Below, piece after piece: positions 35,046 through 38,067 of a stretch of DNA of 38,067 nucleotides. Both the position numbers and the translations under genes were made by a program. Source of the DNA: Verrucomicrobiota bacterium. GTDB taxonomy: Bacteria; Verrucomicrobiota; Verrucomicrobiia; Chthoniobacterales; JAFAMB01. Position 1 is the first letter of the stretch, and each line of letters starts with the position of its first letter. A model generated the notes under the pieces. That model worked only from the letters and a program-made list of their open reading frames with translations. It was not told where the DNA came from and searched no databases. The stretch spans positions 1-38,067 of the forward strand of contig JAFAKL010000180.1 in assembly GCA_019235445.1 (NCBI GenBank), read 5' to 3'.

Positions 35046-35276
35046 ACAGGATTTTCGACGCCGGTTATACGGCATTTTGACTCGATCCTACCATCCTACC
35101 TACCCGCTCTTTAAACAGTCCCTGCCCTTGCCGCGCACGGATAATCGCTAGTCGGTAATGGCGAGCTCATGAAGATCTTCTTCACCGGGCGTTTGTCGAA
35201 AGCGAAGCTCACACCGCCGGTAGCGGATTCGCGACCCCGGCCAAGCTCAGCCGGCTAAACGTAACAGTCACGCTCA

Positions 35277-37697
35277 TCATGCGATCGCAATTTTATCGCG
35301 GGCCAAGGCATTGTTCACTGCAAGTGAAAGGTCGCTTCGCAGCTGAGCCAGGTCCTCATAGCGATCGATCCAAGCTCGAAGTTGAAAGGTTATCGCGCCA
35401 GCGCTGAAGCTGGTTACGTAGACTTGTGACGATGGTTCTTTTGCCACACCAGGATGAGCGGCGGCAGTACTTTTCAATAATTCGACCACGCGCTGAGGAT
35501 CGGCGCCTGCGGCCACGTTGACGGAGACTTCAACCGCGCGCTTGCGGTCCGATAAGGTCCAGTTAGTCACTTGACTGGAGATGAGCGATCCATTCGGTAC
35601 GATGATTTCCGAACCGTCCGCGGTGCGAATAACGCTGGCCCGGATACCGATGCGGCTGACCTCTCCCACATTGCCGCCTACGTCGATGACGTCACCGACT
35701 TTAATGGGACGTTCAAAAAGCAGAATCAGGCCTGACACAAAATTATTGATCACGTTTTGTAATCCAAACCCGATCCCCACGCTGAATGCTCCGGCCAGGA
35801 TGGTGAGCTTTGTCAAATCAATGCCGAGCGCCCCCAGGGCGACGAAGAAACCTACGAGCAGGATCGCGTAGTGAAGCATTGTAGAGATAGCATACGGAAT
35901 GCCGCGCGCGAGATGGAAATGATGATAGACATCTTCCTCCAACACAAAACGCAAGAATTTGGAGATCAGAAAAGAAGCCCAAACCGTGATCAGGAATGCC
36001 AGGATACCCCCCGGAGTAATGTTGAAAGAGCCGATAGCGAGGTTCGCGTTCAGCGCTGCCTCAATCGACGCGATTAACGACTCTCGTAGACCGAAAAAGT
36101 TCAGCAGCACATTCAACCAGAACAAAAAAGCCAGAAGCTCGAGTAGGCGACAGGTCCGCCGCTGAAGCATCGGGCGGTGCAGACTGATGACCCGCAACGA
36201 GCCAAGGGGTCGGATATGCAGCGCTATAATGATCAATCCTTCGATGATCCGAATGACGGTGTAGAGCACGGCCGCGATGTAAACGCTCTTTAGAAAAATG
36301 ATCCCCAAAAGGTTCCCCAGGTTGACGTATCCGAAAATATTGGCGAGGAACGCCACCGGCAAAAGAACAAGCCCGATTTTGGCAGTTGCTCGGATTGTTC
36401 GCCAAATGAAGCCGTGGGTTTCAACAGTTTCCGCCGGCGAGCGCCAACTCCGAAGCACCCAGACGAGAAAAACGGCTGCGCCCAGCACTTGGCCGAGAAA
36501 GATGAACCTGGCCAACACCGGTAGAGACGCGACGAGCACTTGGAGTATGCCAACGAAATACAAGATGACGAGCGCATTGAGAATTGGATAGGAGCCACGT
36601 CGCAATAGTCGCCGGAGAACCGCTACGGTTGGGATAAGGGTTACGGTCCCCATGAGTGCTTGGATCAAGCGTGGAGCTTGCGCATAGACCGATGGTATGA
36701 TCAGAATAGAAAGCGCAAAGGCAGTTGAGACGGGGAGATCGAGGATCGGTAGAGCGCGCTGCAGATCCGGTTTTTCCTGCGCTAATTTTCCGATTCTGCG
36801 CCGCATCCAGTGAAGCGCGGTCGAGATCAGCACGATGAAAAGAGCATGGATCAGGAATGTGAAAGGGAGTCGTTTAATGAACGCGGCAGATGCTTTGCGT
36901 TGCAAAGAGAACGATTCCCCGCTGTGTTGCGCCCACTCTGTTCCCAAACTGGTCTGAAGGCTCCAGATCGGTGGGCTATCTCTGACAAAAATACTCTTCA
37001 AAGCCCGATTCTCTCCCTGCTCGATTAAAGACAGAGCTGTTCGTACACGGGTTTCCTGCTCGGAAATGCGGCTCTGCAAGGCCAAAACCTGCGCTCGGGC
37101 AGACTCGGTAGTCTGTCGCGTGCGCTCAACGGAGTCGCTGGCACTCTGCACACTCTGTAAAACTGGAAGTGGCGCTTCAGGCTGTTTCGCCGATTGGAGT
37201 GTTGCTTGCCAGATCTTGGTCAATTTATCCAGGCGCCCCAGTTGCTCTTCCAGACTTGTGGCGTGCTGTGTCAGCTCACGGGCTGATGCCGACAAACGGA
37301 CGCCAAAACTTTGCCAGGCAAGCTTGAGCGGGAAAAGCACCTCAAGGCTCGGACTAGACGTCAGGAGCCTTCTGTCTTCAGCGACTCTTGCATCGATTTC
37401 ATTTGTCAGTTCGGAAAGCGTACGGACACTGGCTTCCGCGCTTGACTGGTCCCTCGACACGTTCGCCTCAATCTCTTGCAGGGAGGCAAGCGTAGACTGC
37501 GCTTCTAAAGGTACTTTGGCTAGCGGAATCGGTGTGGATGCTGGAGCTGGTTTCCCCGGTGAGGCAGAAGCTTGCTGGCTTAACGCCGTGCCGGTGCCGG
37601 AAACCAAAGCCAGGATAATATTAATAAGCAAAACGATTCGAATGACCGGGTGCATAAAAATAACGAAAGATACCGGAGGTATGGATCGCTGTTTCAA
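35277..37697 (-). CDS. Mechanosensitive channel, MscK/KefA-like large MscS-family protein
   Basis: The N-terminus has a signal peptide and a long coiled-coil-like periplasmic region. About 11 hydrophobic segments follow. The MscS pore and beta-domain motif is FGLQNVINNFVSGLILLFERPIKVGDVIDV. An alternative start lies at ATG 37655. Confidence 0.88.
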   Translation of the reverse strand: MKQRSIPPVSFVIFMHPVIRIVLLINIILALVSGTGTALSQQASASPGKPAPASTPIPLAKVPLEAQSTLASLQEIEANVSRDQSSAEASVRTLSELTNEIDARVAEDRRLLTSSPSLEVLFPLKLAWQSFGVRLSASARELTQHATSLEEQLGRLDKLTKIWQATLQSAKQPEAPLPVLQSVQSASDSVERTRQTTESARAQVLALQSRISEQETRVRTALSLIEQGENRALKSIFVRDSPPIWSLQTSLGTEWAQHSGESFSLQRKASAAFIKRLPFTFLIHALFIVLISTALHWMRRRIGKLAQEKPDLQRALPILDLPVSTAFALSILIIPSVYAQAPRLIQALMGTVTLIPTVAVLRRLLRRGSYPILNALVILYFVGILQVLVASLPVLARFIFLGQVLGAAVFLVWVLRSWRSPAETVETHGFIWRTIRATAKIGLVLLPVAFLANIFGYVNLGNLLGIIFLKSVYIAAVLYTVIRIIEGLIIIALHIRPLGSLRVISLHRPMLQRRTCRLLELLAFLFWLNVLLNFFGLRESLIASIEAALNANLAIGSFNITPGGILAFLITVWASFLISKFLRFVLEEDVYHHFHLARGIPYAISTMLHYAILLVGFFVALGALGIDLTKLTILAGAFSVGIGFGLQNVINNFVSGLILLFERPIKVGDVIDVGGNVGEVSRIGIRASVIRTADGSEIIVPNGSLISSQVTNWTLSDRKRAVEVSVNVAAGADPQRVVELLKSTAAAHPGVAKEPSSQVYVTSFSAGAITFQLRAWIDRYEDLAQLRSDLSLAVNNALARDKIAIA

Positions 37698-37815
37698 TGG
37701 GTTTAGTATCTCGTCCCAAAAACCCTGGAGCCGACAAACAGATGTCGTATCCGGCCCGCCGATTGGAGACCTCGATTTCCTTTTCTTCCCAGGTTATTAG
37801 ACCGTTTTTTGCGTC

Positions 37816-37860
37816 ACTGTGCCAGTGCCAACCCCCTATAGGGAATGGCACTGGCACAGT
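37816..37860. promoter_or_regulatory. 45-nt near-perfect palindrome (15-bp arms plus an inner CCCTATAGGG)
   Basis: ACTGTGCCAGTGCCA (37816-37830) pairs with TGGCACTGGCACAGT (37846-37860). The centre contains the palindrome CCCTATAGGG (37834-37843). Confidence 0.7.
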
Positions 37861-37880
37861 TTCGTGATTTGTCATCTCTC

Positions 37881-37919
37881 TGTGCCACCTGTCGTGTCAT
37901 GGCACTATCCTAGCACAGT
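37881..37919. promoter_or_regulatory. Additional TGTGCCA / TGGCAC / GCACAGT half-sites
   Basis: TGTGCCAC lies at 37881-37888, TGGCAC at 37900-37905 and GCACAGT at 37913-37919. These are the same half-site as in the adjacent palindrome. Confidence 0.55.
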
Positions 37920-38067
37920 TAATACAGCTCATAGGCGTCTTTTCCTTTCTGGAACTTGATTAGCTTGAGTTTCTCCGCTTCTTCAATTCGGCGATAAGCT
38001 GTTCGTCTGGAGAGGCCTTTCCCTTCGATTTTGTCACGCAAAATATCGCGTGCCACGGCACCTCCGC
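37919..38067 (-). CDS. 3' end of a helix-turn-helix protein gene (partial, continues beyond the window)
   Basis: My minus-strand translation reads ..GGAVARDILRDKIEGKGLSRRTAYRRIEEAEKLKLIKFQKGKDAYELY*, with the TAA stop at 37919-37921. LSRRTAYRRIEEA is a typical HTH recognition segment. The track does not list this ORF because its start lies outside the window. Confidence 0.5.
   Translation of the reverse strand, partial: GGAVARDILRDKIEGKGLSRRTAYRRIEEAEKLKLIKFQKGKDAYELY

Noticed and set aside
33066-35075. Minus-strand ORFs of 224 and 353 aa overlapping phaC.
   Set aside because: They are typical antisense open frames of GC-rich coding DNA. Their products are Arg/Pro/Gly-rich with no motifs. 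PhaC on the plus strand is unambiguous.
37621-37875. An 84-aa minus-strand ORF between the HTH gene and the channel gene.
   Set aside because: Its N-terminus (VPVPFPIGGWHWH) is simply the translation of the 45-nt palindrome. Its 3' part overlaps the signal-peptide region of the MscK-like gene. It has no RBS and no motif.
37900-37915. A sigma-54-like promoter, TGGCAC-tatcc-TAGCA, with correct GG-N10-GC spacing.
   Set aside because: It points in the plus direction into the antisense strand of the HTH gene, with no plus-strand gene downstream in the window. The TGGCAC hexamer is better explained as one of the repeated half-sites.

Overview
This is a 38-kb chromosomal segment of a diderm bacterium. 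lpxK is present. Hand-sampled 60-nt lines give roughly 54-57% GC. The repeat style suggests a soil Verrucomicrobiota- or Planctomycetota-like genome, but that is inference only. I call about 32 protein genes and one tRNA-His. Most are housekeeping or metabolic: pfk, ctpA-like S41 peptidase, rpmB, a COG0523 GTPase, rph, thrB, lpxK, ruvA, melA-galT-galE, phaC, an MscK-like channel, a POT transporter, a BFD-like ThDP enzyme and an Fe3+/polyamine-type ABC importer. I saw no CRISPR array, transposase, integrase or known defence genes. The most system-like item is a translationally coupled four-gene cassette on the minus strand (104..5294). It encodes a LivJ-type periplasmic binding protein, a 1021-aa membrane-bound Cache-HAMP-PAS-HPt-CheA-type kinase with no recognisable P3 or P5/CheW domain, a CheY and a CheX. 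The most unusual non-coding signal is that nearly every longer intergenic gap holds structured repeats from at least four families. These include heptanucleotide tandem-repeat hairpins, (CAGAAGT)n facing (CTGACTM)n, which bracket rph and abut gene starts and stops. Other items are listed below.
- The ABC substrate-binding gene has a single in-frame TGA.
- phaC is a single-gene GC-rich island.
- An SDR-fold protein lacks the Ser/Tyr/Lys catalytic residues.
- ruvA is followed by an ATP-grasp-like orphan instead of ruvB.
- A dense palindromic half-site array lies next to a truncated HTH gene at the right edge.
All domain calls are by-eye motif recognition. No searches were run.
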